From the NCBI GenBank assembly GCA_963803435.1, contig CAWDML010000009.1, positions 128,001-192,000 on the forward strand: DNA of 64,000 nucleotides, written 5' to 3'. Made by a program: the position numbers and the translations under genes. Below are positions 9,406 to 19,934 of this stretch, piece by piece; positions within the stretch are counted from its first letter, which is position 1, and the number at the start of each line of letters is the position of its first letter. Origin of the DNA: an uncultured delta proteobacterium. GTDB lineage: Bacteria > Myxococcota > Kuafuiibacteriia > Kuafuiibacteriales > Kuafuiibacteriaceae. Below the pieces are notes generated by a model. It saw only the letters and a program-made list of their open reading frames with translations, had not been told where the DNA came from and ran no database searches.

Positions 9406-10503
9406 ATGAGCACGGCGATCCTCCCAGATGATTCGGTGGTCGTGCGGATGCCCACCCATACGGTGCACGTCGACGCGACGGGCCGCGCCATCCACGTCCG
9501 CGAGCCGTCCCCGAGCCAGCAGCTCGGCGGGATCATCCGGGCCAGCTTCCCGATCGAGTCGGCCGATCGGATCCGGCTGATGACGGCCCGGACCGGCAAG
9601 CAGCACCTGTGTCTCGACCTCTCCTCGGGCGAGACGCTCGATCTCGGGGAAGTCCCGTCGCCGGACGTGGCGATGGTGACGGCCCGGGCGATCGCGGATC
9701 TCACGCGGTGCAAGATCGAAGTGACCCAGGGGACGGTCTCGCGTCTTCCGGGGCCGTCGTCGCGGTTCACCGAGGGCGAGACCTTCTCGCAGCCGAATCA
9801 GCGTCCGTCGCTGGCGATCTCACCGGAGCACGCGGAGCAGATGTTCCAGGTGATCGAGGCTCTGATGGACTCGCAGGACGGCGCGCAGCTGGTGCCCGGC
9901 GATACGCGCACCGTGGAGATGACCCGGGAGGAGGCCGACCGGGCGATGGCCCGGGCCAAGGCGAAGTCGGTGCTGGAGCAACCGGCGGCGGTCCGGGTGC
10001 TCCCGTCGGAGCTGGAGGAGGACGAGAGCGATCGTCCCACCATCACGCCCCGATCGTCCTCCAACTTCGAGGACAACGAGAGCTCCACCGATCGGGAGCG
10101 CGCGATCGAGGAGCTCGGGGTCGACGGGCTGGCGGCCACGATCGCGGACGCGAAGATCGACGATCTGATGATCGAGCCGCCGCGCCGCGAGTGGGCCACG
10201 CACGAGGACTCGGCCGCGTCGACCCAGCCCGATACACCCGTCCCGGAGGAGCTCCTCGATGAGTTCGTGGAGGAGACAGAGCTCGACTCGAGCATGATCC
10301 GCGCCCGCGAGCCGGTCTTTCAGCAGCTGCTCAGGGAGTCGCAGATCGCGGCCGCGATGTCGCCGGTCTCGGGTGACCATCCCACCGATCTCCACGTGGC
10401 CGCACGGCCCAAGGCCGAATCCAGGCGCGAGGCGGTGATCGAGATGCTGCGCGCGACGGTGGAGTCGCTGCCCGAGGCGACCTCGTCGATGGCCGAGGAA
10501 TGA
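9406..10503 (+). CDS. hypothetical protein (globular N-terminus, acidic low-complexity C-terminus)
   Basis: 365-aa ORF with GC-rich third positions; divergent from the patatin gene. Confidence 0.7.
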   Translation: MSTAILPDDSVVVRMPTHTVHVDATGRAIHVREPSPSQQLGGIIRASFPIESADRIRLMTARTGKQHLCLDLSSGETLDLGEVPSPDVAMVTARAIADLTRCKIEVTQGTVSRLPGPSSRFTEGETFSQPNQRPSLAISPEHAEQMFQVIEALMDSQDGAQLVPGDTRTVEMTREEADRAMARAKAKSVLEQPAAVRVLPSELEEDESDRPTITPRSSSNFEDNESSTDRERAIEELGVDGLAATIADAKIDDLMIEPPRREWATHEDSAASTQPDTPVPEELLDEFVEETELDSSMIRAREPVFQQLLRESQIAAAMSPVSGDHPTDLHVAARPKAESRREAVIEMLRATVESLPEATSSMAEE

Positions 10504-10524
10504 GCTATCGTCGTTGTTCGTCCC

Positions 10525-11130
10525 ATGACGCCGACGATCATCACCACCGCAACGATTCTCGTGGCATTGGCGAGCACGCCGTACGAGCGGATCAAGGAGA
10601 GCGCGCAGACCGTGGCGAACCTGGGCCGGTTCCTCGAGGAGTACGTCGGCGACTGTGCCTACGACGATCCCAGGTTTGACAAGACGGGTTGCGAGAAGAA
10701 GGCCGAAGAGGCGCGGAACCGCTATCGCGGTCACGCCATCGTGTTCGAGGTCGATGCGGAGAGCCAGCAGCTGCACGTCGCCGAGTTCGACAAGAGCCGG
10801 CAGATGTTCCGCGTGCACTTCACGCCGTTCTTCTCGGAGCGCGCGCTGGGCCTCTCCGTGGGACGTCCGTCCCGCTTGACTCCAGAGGGATACCCGGTGG
10901 TCAAGAACATCCCGATCTGGGTGAAGCTGCCGAAGGACCAACAAGAGTTCATCTTCCGTCGCGACCTCGAGCGCGGGTTGGTGAAGCTCGAGTTGGTGGT
11001 GAAGCCGCAGCGAACATGGACGTTGAAGTCCAAGTCGGGCGAGCTCGTGCGCGGCGCCGAGGTGGCGCTGGCGGGCGTTCGGGTGTATGGAAATCGCGGA
11101 AGCGACGTGCTCGCGGAGCAAACCTACTGA
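10525..11130 (+). CDS. exported protein, DUF6066-like (myxobacterial)
   Basis: Signal peptide; LGRFLEEYVGDC...C, FTPFF, GYPV pattern recalled from myxobacterial DUF6066. Confidence 0.7.
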   Translation: MTPTIITTATILVALASTPYERIKESAQTVANLGRFLEEYVGDCAYDDPRFDKTGCEKKAEEARNRYRGHAIVFEVDAESQQLHVAEFDKSRQMFRVHFTPFFSERALGLSVGRPSRLTPEGYPVVKNIPIWVKLPKDQQEFIFRRDLERGLVKLELVVKPQRTWTLKSKSGELVRGAEVALAGVRVYGNRGSDVLAEQTY

Positions 11131-11131
11131 G

Positions 11132-11773
11132 ATGAACAAGCCGAAGGATCCACGGGAAGCCTTTCGCGCAGCCCTCGAGGATAAGGCGGTGCTGAGCGCG
11201 GCCCGCGCGATCCAGAAGGACGAGCACGAGCCTTCGCTGGCCCAGATGCTGGAGCTCGGTCGTGCCCTCTCGTCCGCCTGCGGCGCGACCGACACCGCGT
11301 CGATGTTGGAGGCGGAGCTGATCGGCTATCAGGAGGCGGAGGTCGAGATCCCGCCGGAGCGCAAGGCGATCGGGTTCGCCAGCCCGTTTCCGGTCCGCGC
11401 GCTCGACCTGGGGCTCCTCGATCCGGAGGAGATCTTCCTCGCCAACCGGGAGAAGTTCTCGCAGGTCACGCTGACGATCGGGCAGCCGATCGAAGAGCTT
11501 CAGGCGGCGCTGGCCCAGATCCGTCAGGGCGGGGTGCTGGCGCTGAAGGTCCCGGCGCATGAGATCACCGGCGAGTCCGCCAACACCGACGAGGACACCG
11601 AGGTCTTCATCTACATCCTCCCGCGTGAGATCCAGCGGATCGTCGACTCGGCCCGGGCGCGTGCGCTCGACGCGGTGATCGATCGGATCGTGGAGGGCTG
11701 CACCGGCGAGAAGAGCCGGCTCAAGCGGCCGCGGGCGCTGAAGCCCGTGCGGAGCGCCGACTCCACGACGTAG
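11132..11773 (+). CDS. AbiTii-like domain protein
   Basis: SLAQMLELGRAL...LEAELIGY...IPPERK...QPIEEL...IQRIVDSARARALD follows the AbiTii pattern (EL.GY....P.YR...QSI.E.E...IL..VR.RL). Confidence 0.6.
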   Translation: MNKPKDPREAFRAALEDKAVLSAARAIQKDEHEPSLAQMLELGRALSSACGATDTASMLEAELIGYQEAEVEIPPERKAIGFASPFPVRALDLGLLDPEEIFLANREKFSQVTLTIGQPIEELQAALAQIRQGGVLALKVPAHEITGESANTDEDTEVFIYILPREIQRIVDSARARALDAVIDRIVEGCTGEKSRLKRPRALKPVRSADSTT

Positions 11774-11857
11774 GCCTGGCCGTTGTCGGCGACGTGAAGT
11801 GCCTGGTCGTTGCGGCTCGGCGATCGGATTTGCGCCGAGGGGGCGCGCTCGGCTCCC

Positions 11858-12014
11858 GGCGAGGGGAAGGATTGCGTCCAGGGGGACCGGCTCAAGGGCG
11901 GCCGCACTTCGAGAGGCGGTCGGTGAGCCTCGGTGGGGCCCCGAGTGCGGCCTCACTCACGAGCGACGGTCGCCTTCCCCCAACTTCCCTCTGGACACAA
12001 CCCTCCCCGTCGCC
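11858..12014. other. structured intergenic element (long imperfect inverted repeat; ncRNA or MITE candidate)
   Basis: GGCGAGGGGAAGGATTGCGTCCAGGGGGA (11858-11886) pairs with TCCCTCTGGACACAACCCTCCCCGTCGCC (11986-12014); internal stem GGCCGCACT/AGTGCGGCC. Confidence 0.55.
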
Positions 12015-12223
12015 TCCGCCTTCGACCTGAGGTGGTGCCAACCGATTCTCGACGTGGTGTTGGTCCGTGTATCGCTGAGCTCGTCCGGGAGCCCGGTCGA
12101 AACGGTCATGTCGAAGAGGGTGAGCAGCGTCGGAGTTGCGTGAGCGTCTTCCGCCTGCTCTCAGATATCGACCCGCTCAAGACGCGGGCTTTTACGCGCT
12201 GCTGCGGGTCGCACTTCGAGGGC

Positions 12224-12982
12224 TCACATCCCCGGCGCGACCAGCGTCTCGAGCGTGCCCTTCTCGTACGTCTTCGGCGCCGCGAAGGTGTCCGGCTGCG
12301 CCTTGAACGCCTTCACGTCCTTGATGTTCGTGGTGGAGACCATCTGCTGGCCGCCCATCTTGTCGCTGCGCTGCGTCCGCACGGGAAAGCCGGGGAGCTG
12401 GAAGAGGGCCTGGGTGGGGGTGGCGTTGCTGGCGCCCTTCTTGGCCATCCGCTGGGCGAGGGCGGAGCTCTCGGCGAGGAACGTCTTCATGTCGACGGGC
12501 ATCTTCTGCGCGATGCAGGCCTCGTTGTCGCCGAAGTCGTCGCTCCAGGTGACGACCTCGCAGGCGTAGCCGTTGACCGTCTCCTTCTTGCCCGTCTTCT
12601 TCACGTCGGGGCGGGCGGGGGCCTTGCCGGCCTTCTCGAGCTTGGCGATCTGGGCCTCGGCCATCTTGCGCTGCGGCTCGGGGAGCTGGGCGATGCTCGC
12701 CTTCATCTTCTCCAGGATCTTGCTCTGGAGGGCGATCACGTCGTCGAGCGAGGCTGCGGCGTATCGCTTCTGGGTGTGGTCGATGAAGAGGAAGTGGTCG
12801 GTCTTGAACTCGAGGACGTAGGAGCGTTGACCGGCGTCGATGCGGAGGTGTCCGGAGTCATAGAACAGGTGGGCCTCGCTCTCGGCGCCCGCCTGGCCGG
12901 CGCTGCTCACCTGGACGGCGGTCCATCCCGCGAGCGCGCGAGAGGGGACGAAGAGGAGGAGGGCCAGCGCGAGGCTTCGCAT
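12224..12982 (-). CDS. DUF4412-like exported protein
   Basis: Signal peptide; KKTGKKETVNGYAC, GFPVR, PDTFAAPKTY motifs. Confidence 0.8.
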   Translation of the reverse strand: MRSLALALLLFVPSRALAGWTAVQVSSAGQAGAESEAHLFYDSGHLRIDAGQRSYVLEFKTDHFLFIDHTQKRYAAASLDDVIALQSKILEKMKASIAQLPEPQRKMAEAQIAKLEKAGKAPARPDVKKTGKKETVNGYACEVVTWSDDFGDNEACIAQKMPVDMKTFLAESSALAQRMAKKGASNATPTQALFQLPGFPVRTQRSDKMGGQQMVSTTNIKDVKAFKAQPDTFAAPKTYEKGTLETLVAPGM

Positions 12983-13040
12983 CGGCGGGCGGTATCACGA
13001 GCTTGCCCCCGACGCCATCGACTTGATAAGGCGTCGCGCG

Positions 13041-14084
13041 GTGAAGATCGCACTCGTCGGTTTCCGAGGCAGCGGTAAGACGAGCGTGTTCAACGCGCTC
13101 ACGGGGCAGACCGCGGACACGGGCCTGGGAAAGAAGAGCGCGAACCTGGGGCGGATCCAGGTGCCCGACGACCGGGTCGACGCGCTGAGCGCGATGTATC
13201 ACCCGAAGAAGACCACCTACGCAGAGATCGCGTTCATCGACGTGGCCGGACCGGAGGGGGAGTCCAAGTCGGGGCTCGAGGCGCAGCTGGTGGCGCAGGT
13301 CCGGGAGGCCGAGGCGCTCGTTCACGTGGTGCGTGCGTTCGAGAACGCGGCGCTCAACAAGGATCCCGATCCGGTCGGGGATCTGGCCGCGTTCGACGAC
13401 GAGCTGATCCTCACGGACCTGGTGCAGGTCGAGAAGCGCGTGTCCCGCCTCAAGAAGGAGGGCAAGCGCACGCCCGAGCTGGAGCAGCTGGAGAAGATCG
13501 AGGCGCACCTCGAGTCCGGTCAGGCGCTGCGACGCATGAAGATGGAGGCCGCCGAGGTGCAGGTGATCGCGGGGTTTGCGTTCCTCAGCCTCAAGCCGCT
13601 GCTGGTGGTGTTGAACCAGAGCGAGGAGAAGATCGGGAAGCCGCCGTCCCCGGAGGTGCTCGCGAAGGCGGAGGAGCGGAACCTCGAGGTCGTCGCGATG
13701 TCCGCACCGATGGAGGCGGAGATCATGGCGATGGAGCCCGACGATCAGAAGGTGTTCCTCGAGGACCTCGGCCTCACGGAGCCGGTCCGCACCCGGTTCA
13801 TTCACGCCGCGTACCGGATGCTCGACCTGATCAGCTTCCTCACGGTCGGTGAGGACGAGGTCCGGGCCTGGACGATCGAGCGGGGGACCCATGCGCGCGC
13901 CGCCGCCGGCAAGATCCACAGCGATCTGGAGCGCGGCTTCATCCGCGCCGAGGTGACCGCGTCTTCGGACTTTCTCGAGCTGGGGAGCGAGGCCAAGGTG
14001 CGGGAGGCCGGCAAGCAGCGCCTGGAGGGGAAGGAATATGTGGTCCAGGACGGGGACATCATGCACATCCGCCACAGCGGCTGA
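13041..14084 (+). CDS. ychF: YchF-family (Obg-like) ATPase with C-terminal TGS/DUF933 domain
   Basis: GxxGSGKTSVFNALT, VPDDRVD.L, DVAG, EVRAWTI, AGKIHSDLERGFIRAEV, EGKEYVVQDGD. Confidence 0.9.
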   Translation: MKIALVGFRGSGKTSVFNALTGQTADTGLGKKSANLGRIQVPDDRVDALSAMYHPKKTTYAEIAFIDVAGPEGESKSGLEAQLVAQVREAEALVHVVRAFENAALNKDPDPVGDLAAFDDELILTDLVQVEKRVSRLKKEGKRTPELEQLEKIEAHLESGQALRRMKMEAAEVQVIAGFAFLSLKPLLVVLNQSEEKIGKPPSPEVLAKAEERNLEVVAMSAPMEAEIMAMEPDDQKVFLEDLGLTEPVRTRFIHAAYRMLDLISFLTVGEDEVRAWTIERGTHARAAAGKIHSDLERGFIRAEVTASSDFLELGSEAKVREAGKQRLEGKEYVVQDGDIMHIRHSG

Positions 14085-14093
14085 GGAGACAAC

Positions 14094-14660
14094 ATGAATC
14101 GCACCTACGTCACGCTGAGCCTCGCGCTTCTCTTGGCGTCGCCCGCGGTCGCTTCGGCGCAGCAGCACGAGATCTATTTCCATCAGACCGGCGCGCTTCT
14201 TCAGTATGGGGAGGCCGAGACCAAGATCCTGTACGCAGCTATCACCGCCAAGGAGTTCGATCCCGAGGCGACCAAGCGGACCGTCGAGGAGCTCGAGCGC
14301 ACGCTGGGCTCGGCGAAGGGCATGGTCGATCGGGTGCAGGCGCTCCTGCCGGAGGGCCTGGCCAGCGTCGAGCCCGACCTGGTCAAGCTCCGGGAGCAGG
14401 TGAAGGCCGCCGAGGACCAGCTCCGCAAGCTCGCGACCGACATCGAAGAGCAGACCGGGAGCAAGGAGGGCGACGAAGAGCCCGAGCTCGACGAAGAGGG
14501 GAAGCAGACGCCGCAGCGCGACTGGGATCTGTTGAAGAAGGGTTGCGGCTGGCTCTGGATCGATCTGAGCACCGCCAAGGGCAGCTACGCGAAGCTGGCG
14601 CTGCGGCTCAAGGTCAAGCCCGTGAAGCTGATCCCGAAGCCCTCGGGAAAGCGGCAGTAG
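14094..14660 (+). CDS. exported alpha-helical hypothetical protein
   Basis: GAGGAG RBS; signal peptide ending ASA; coiled-coil-like sequence. Confidence 0.75.
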   Translation: MNRTYVTLSLALLLASPAVASAQQHEIYFHQTGALLQYGEAETKILYAAITAKEFDPEATKRTVEELERTLGSAKGMVDRVQALLPEGLASVEPDLVKLREQVKAAEDQLRKLATDIEEQTGSKEGDEEPELDEEGKQTPQRDWDLLKKGCGWLWIDLSTAKGSYAKLALRLKVKPVKLIPKPSGKRQ

Positions 14661-15753
<1,093 letters not shown>

Positions 15754-15759
15754 CGCGCT

Positions 15760-17538
15760 TCACTCTTTGGTGAGCTCCGCGATCACGCTGATGGAGCTCT
15801 TGGTGTCGGGAAAGGCGGTCTTTTCCCACGGCGCGAAGCCGTCGGCGAGGACGCGGATCGCGTAGCCCCGGTTCTGGAACTCGTGATGCATCACCAGCGG
15901 CGTGCGCCCCACGTAGCCGCCGTCGATCTCGACGGTGGCGCCTGAGGGCCGGCTCAACACGGTCAGCAGTCCGATCGGCTTGGTCTCGACCACGCCCGTG
16001 TCGGGCGCCGCGACGACGACCGCGGCGTCGGGGAGGGCGACCACCTCCGGGGGCGGCGGCACGCTGCTCGCGCTCGAGCGCGCCTTGAGGCCGAAGCCGA
16101 CGGCGACGACCAGCGCGAGCCCGGCGAGACTGAGCGCGACGCGGACCGCGGTGTGCTGCGGCGCCTCCGGGCCCAGCGAGGGCGCGGAGGTGCGGCGCGA
16201 GAGGTCGCTGGTCGCGGGGCGCGCGGGTCGCGTGGCGAGCGCGGCCAGGTGCTCGCTGGAGAGGGGCTGCGTGGGGCCTGAGGAGGCGGGCGCGGGGGCC
16301 GGCAGCGTGAGGGCTGCGGGCTTGGCGGGTGGGGTCACGGCGGCGCCGTCGTCGACATGATCACCGAGCACGTGAGACCAGGCGTCGGAGGTGGCGGGTG
16401 CCGTCGGCGCGGTCGGGGTCTCGACCGGGATGCGGACCGCGGGCCCGTCTCCGCTCGCGGGGCTCGCCGTGCGCTTCGCTTGCCGGTCGGGGCCCGCTCG
16501 GGCGAAGCCCTGCCACCCGTCTCCGCTCGCCGGGCCCGAGTCGTGCGCCGGCGGGCTGCCGATGGTCTCGGCGAGGCCGCACATGATCGCGTCGAAGGCG
16601 GCCGGCTCGTGCTCCGAGTTGAGCAGCGCGGCCCGGCCCCGCTCGACGCCGACGGGGACGAACTCGTCGATCATGCGCTCCAGCACCGCGCCGCCCGGGA
16701 TCGCGATGCGCGCGGACGCGGCCTCCGCACCGATCGCTTCGGCGAGGGTGCGGGCGTTGTGGAAGCGATGATTGGGATCGGGCGCGAGCGCGCGCCCGAG
16801 CACCTGGACGAGCTCGCGCCGCGGATCGGGGAGCGCACCGGGAAGCTCCGGTGGGCGGCCCTCGATCGCGGCTTGCGCGATCGACGTCGGGTTCTGGCCT
16901 TCGCGGTAGCGATGGCCGGAGAGGAGTTCGTAGTAGAGGACGCCCAGGCTGTAGACGTCGGCGCGCGGATCGAGCGGCTCGCCGCGGGCCGCCTCGGGCG
17001 CGAGGAGCCGGTGGCGATCGCCGCGGCCCTGGAGGCGCGGCAGCAGGACCGCGGAGAGCGCCGGGAGCCCGTCGCCGAAGAGCCGGAGCTGACCGCCCGG
17101 ATCGATCAGGACGGTGCCCGCATGGATCTCGCGGTGGACACGCGGGAACCCGTCGGGCGCGATCGTCCCGTGCAGCGCCTGGACGACCTTGCACAGCTCC
17201 ACCAGCACCGCGGCAGAGAGGGGCGAACCGAGCGGAGAGCCGGACCAGACCAGGGCGGACAGGAGCGTGTCGAGGCGGAGCAGCGCCGGGTCGACCGCGT
17301 CGAGGATGAGGGTGATCAGCGTGGGCGCGATCTCGAGATCGATCGGTCCGACGACGCCGGGAATGCGGAGACCCTGGGCGTGCGGCGCTTCCCCTGCGAT
17401 CGCGTCGAGGGCGCCGCGGGAGAGCGGGCGGGAGAAATGGACCGAAACGGCGAGGCAGGTCCGGCCCGAGGCGTCGAGGCGGGGTTCTGCGTTGCGCCCG
17501 GCGATCGCATCCCTCAGCTCGTCGTAGAGGAGCGTCAC
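15760..17538 (-). CDS. Ser/Thr pseudokinase with TM segment and PEGA domain
   Basis: HREIHAGTVLI, LAPE, RADVYSLGV, RAL..DP..R; TM helix; SRPSGATVEIDGGYVGRTPL (PEGA). Confidence 0.8.
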   Translation of the reverse strand: MTLLYDELRDAIAGRNAEPRLDASGRTCLAVSVHFSRPLSRGALDAIAGEAPHAQGLRIPGVVGPIDLEIAPTLITLILDAVDPALLRLDTLLSALVWSGSPLGSPLSAAVLVELCKVVQALHGTIAPDGFPRVHREIHAGTVLIDPGGQLRLFGDGLPALSAVLLPRLQGRGDRHRLLAPEAARGEPLDPRADVYSLGVLYYELLSGHRYREGQNPTSIAQAAIEGRPPELPGALPDPRRELVQVLGRALAPDPNHRFHNARTLAEAIGAEAASARIAIPGGAVLERMIDEFVPVGVERGRAALLNSEHEPAAFDAIMCGLAETIGSPPAHDSGPASGDGWQGFARAGPDRQAKRTASPASGDGPAVRIPVETPTAPTAPATSDAWSHVLGDHVDDGAAVTPPAKPAALTLPAPAPASSGPTQPLSSEHLAALATRPARPATSDLSRRTSAPSLGPEAPQHTAVRVALSLAGLALVVAVGFGLKARSSASSVPPPPEVVALPDAAVVVAAPDTGVVETKPIGLLTVLSRPSGATVEIDGGYVGRTPLVMHHEFQNRGYAIRVLADGFAPWEKTAFPDTKSSISVIAELTKE

Positions 17539-17598
17539 GACACTTCTTTCGTCTACAATGAGGCCAGGCCGAAGCCGGTGGGAGTTTAAGGGATTCCG

Positions 17599-18474
17599 GT
17601 GCGGATCGCGAGCGTCTCGGACATTCATACCGACTTCGCGGAGAACCGCGAGGTCCTGGTCAAGCTCGCGGCCGAAATCCATACGCGCGCCCCGGACGTG
17701 GTGATCGTCGCAGGGGACGTCTCCCACAAGAATGAGCGGATCGAGCGCGCGCTGAAGGCGCTGTCGTACGTGGCCGATCGGGTCGCGTACATTCCGGGCA
17801 ACCACGACCTCTGGTACGACGTCCCCTTTGCGCCCGGGCGTCGCGATCTGAACACTTGGGATCGGTACCGGAGCGAGCTCCTCGAGCTGACCCAGCGCAC
17901 CGGCGCGCACTACCTCCCCGCCGGGCCGCTCGTGGTCGGTCGCGTCGCCATCGCCGGCACGTGCGGCTGGTACGACTACTCGCTGACGCCCGAGGCGATC
18001 CGCAACTCGATCGGCGAGGAGGCCCTGGCCGGCAAGCAGTTCGGCGGCGTCATGTGGAGCGACGCCCGCTTCATCGCCTTTCGCGATCCGCTGGGCGAGC
18101 TGATGCACGACGGCGAGGTGGCGCGCACCATGGAGCGCGAGCTCTCCACGCAGCTCGAGGCCATCGATCGCGATCCTGCGATCGATCATACGGTGGTGGT
18201 GACGCACCACCAGCCTTTCGACGAGGTCGTCGCGCACACCGGGACGCTCCCCTGGGAGTTCTTCAACGCGTTCATGGGCAGCAGCGGCCTCGGTCGCGTC
18301 ATCCAGAGCGCGAGCAAGGCCAAGGTCGCGATCTACGGTCACACGCATCTGGTCGGAGAGACCAACATCGACGATCTGCGCGTGTACGGGACGCCCCTCG
18401 GCTACCCGCGGGAGCGCAAGGGCCTCAGCCTCGAGGAGGTGCTCCGCACGCGGATCGGGTGGATCGAGATCTGA
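17599..18474 (+). CDS. calcineurin-like metallophosphoesterase
   Basis: SDIH, AGD, PGNHD, THH, YGHTH motifs. Confidence 0.92.
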   Translation: MRIASVSDIHTDFAENREVLVKLAAEIHTRAPDVVIVAGDVSHKNERIERALKALSYVADRVAYIPGNHDLWYDVPFAPGRRDLNTWDRYRSELLELTQRTGAHYLPAGPLVVGRVAIAGTCGWYDYSLTPEAIRNSIGEEALAGKQFGGVMWSDARFIAFRDPLGELMHDGEVARTMERELSTQLEAIDRDPAIDHTVVVTHHQPFDEVVAHTGTLPWEFFNAFMGSSGLGRVIQSASKAKVAIYGHTHLVGETNIDDLRVYGTPLGYPRERKGLSLEEVLRTRIGWIEI

Positions 18475-18483
18475 GGCTCGGCG

Positions 18484-18882
18484 TCAGGGACCGGTTCGGA
18501 AGCGTCGGACCAGATCGGAGCGCATGCGCGCGCCCGAGACGGCCCGGAGCTCGGCGGCGGTGACGGTGAGCGCGAAGAACGTGTCCGGCGCGAGCGGATC
18601 GGTCCTGAGCACCGCGGTGTTGGTCTCGTCGTCGTAGGTGTCGAGCGAGAGGGCCAGGCCGCGGATCGGCGAGCCTTGCTCGGTGGTCTCCTCGAGGCGG
18701 ACGGCGCCCTGGATTTGGTCGGCCACCACGGGCTCGGAGAACACGATCGCGAGGGGCCGCTCGCCCGAGGCCACCACCGAGCCGTTGCCCGGGCTGGTGT
18801 CGAGCACGACCAGCGGCTCGGGCGCCACCAGCTCGGCGTTGCCGCACGCGGCCAGGGCGAGGAGGAGCACAGCCGATCTCAT
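18484..18882 (-). CDS. Ig-like (Big_5-type) lipoprotein
   Basis: LALAAC lipobox; VLDTSPGNG...IVFSEPV...LAPDTFFAL. Confidence 0.75.
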   Translation of the reverse strand: MRSAVLLLALAACGNAELVAPEPLVVLDTSPGNGSVVASGERPLAIVFSEPVVADQIQGAVRLEETTEQGSPIRGLALSLDTYDDETNTAVLRTDPLAPDTFFALTVTAAELRAVSGARMRSDLVRRFRTGP

Positions 18883-19886
18883 CGGACCTCCAGCGCGGAC
18901 ACCGCGGTGACCCCGGCGCCGATGGCGAGCGTCACCAGGTAGGTGCCCCGGGTGCTCGGGATCAGCCGCCGGCACTCGTCCACAGGGCAGCCGGTGGCGA
19001 AGTCGTTGAGCGTGTCCGCTCCGCCGGAGGGATCGGCGGCCAGCGACCACACGCGCCGCGCATGCAGCCCGGCGGTGGACGTGGGGACGTAGCTGGCGCG
19101 GCTGTCGAACAGGACGATCTGTCCGATCCGCGAGGTGGCGCGGGCGTCGATGCACGGCTGAGGTCGCGCATCGGCAGGCGGAGGCGCGGCGAACACCGCC
19201 ACGGTGGCCACGACCAGCGGCGAGGCGCCGGCCGGTCCCACCAGCCTGCCGGCGATCCAGTACTCGCCGGGCCGGGGCGGGACGAAGGTGAGCTCTCCGA
19301 TCGGTCCCTGCGGCGACGCGATCGAGAGCTCGCCCGTGTCGGCGCCGAGCGGCAGCCGGATGAAGGTCCACTCGATCGAGAGCCGATCCTCGAGCGATCG
19401 CGGATAGGCCAGCATCACCGGATCGATCGCGATGTGCCGCGCGTCGAGACCGCACGGCGCGAGCTGGAGATGATCGGCGTCGGCGTTGCACGTCCTTGGT
19501 GCGAGGCCGAGGGCGAGGGGTGACGTCGAGGTGCCGATCGCGGGGACGGCGGTGAGCGTGACGAGATCGCGGCTGACGAAGTCACCGTCCGAGACCGTGA
19601 GGCTAGCGACGTACGTGCCCAGACGATCGGGCGCCAGGCTGGCCAGCGCCCGGCGGGCGTCCGAGATCGTGGTTGAGGAGCCGTCCGGCCGCGCCTCGAG
19701 GCGCCAGTCGTAGGCGAGGCGATCTCCGTCGGGGTCGAGGCTCCGGGTCGCGTCGAGCACCAGCGTATCGCCCAGCGCCACCTCCGCGTCGAAGCCGGCG
19801 AACGCGGTGGGAGGCCGGGCCACGCGGACCTCGTGGGTCGTGCAGGCCGAGGCGAGGAGCGCGATCAGGGTGGTCGTCGCTCGCAC
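18879..19886 (-). CDS. PKD-domain lipoprotein
   Basis: LASAC lipobox; AFAGFD...LDATRSLDPDGDRLAYDW...GTYVASLTVSDG. Confidence 0.8.
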   Translation of the reverse strand: MRATTTLIALLASACTTHEVRVARPPTAFAGFDAEVALGDTLVLDATRSLDPDGDRLAYDWRLEARPDGSSTTISDARRALASLAPDRLGTYVASLTVSDGDFVSRDLVTLTAVPAIGTSTSPLALGLAPRTCNADADHLQLAPCGLDARHIAIDPVMLAYPRSLEDRLSIEWTFIRLPLGADTGELSIASPQGPIGELTFVPPRPGEYWIAGRLVGPAGASPLVVATVAVFAAPPPADARPQPCIDARATSRIGQIVLFDSRASYVPTSTAGLHARRVWSLAADPSGGADTLNDFATGCPVDECRRLIPSTRGTYLVTLAIGAGVTAVSALEVR

Positions 19887-19934
19887 CGGTCGGAAGCGTA
19901 GCGTCGGCCCGGCTTTCGCGCTACGTCCTCGCCC

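Noticed and set aside
11858-12014. Firm call as 6S RNA, SRP RNA or cobalamin riboswitch
   Set aside because: Diagnostic motifs are absent or misplaced; kept only as an unclassified structured element.
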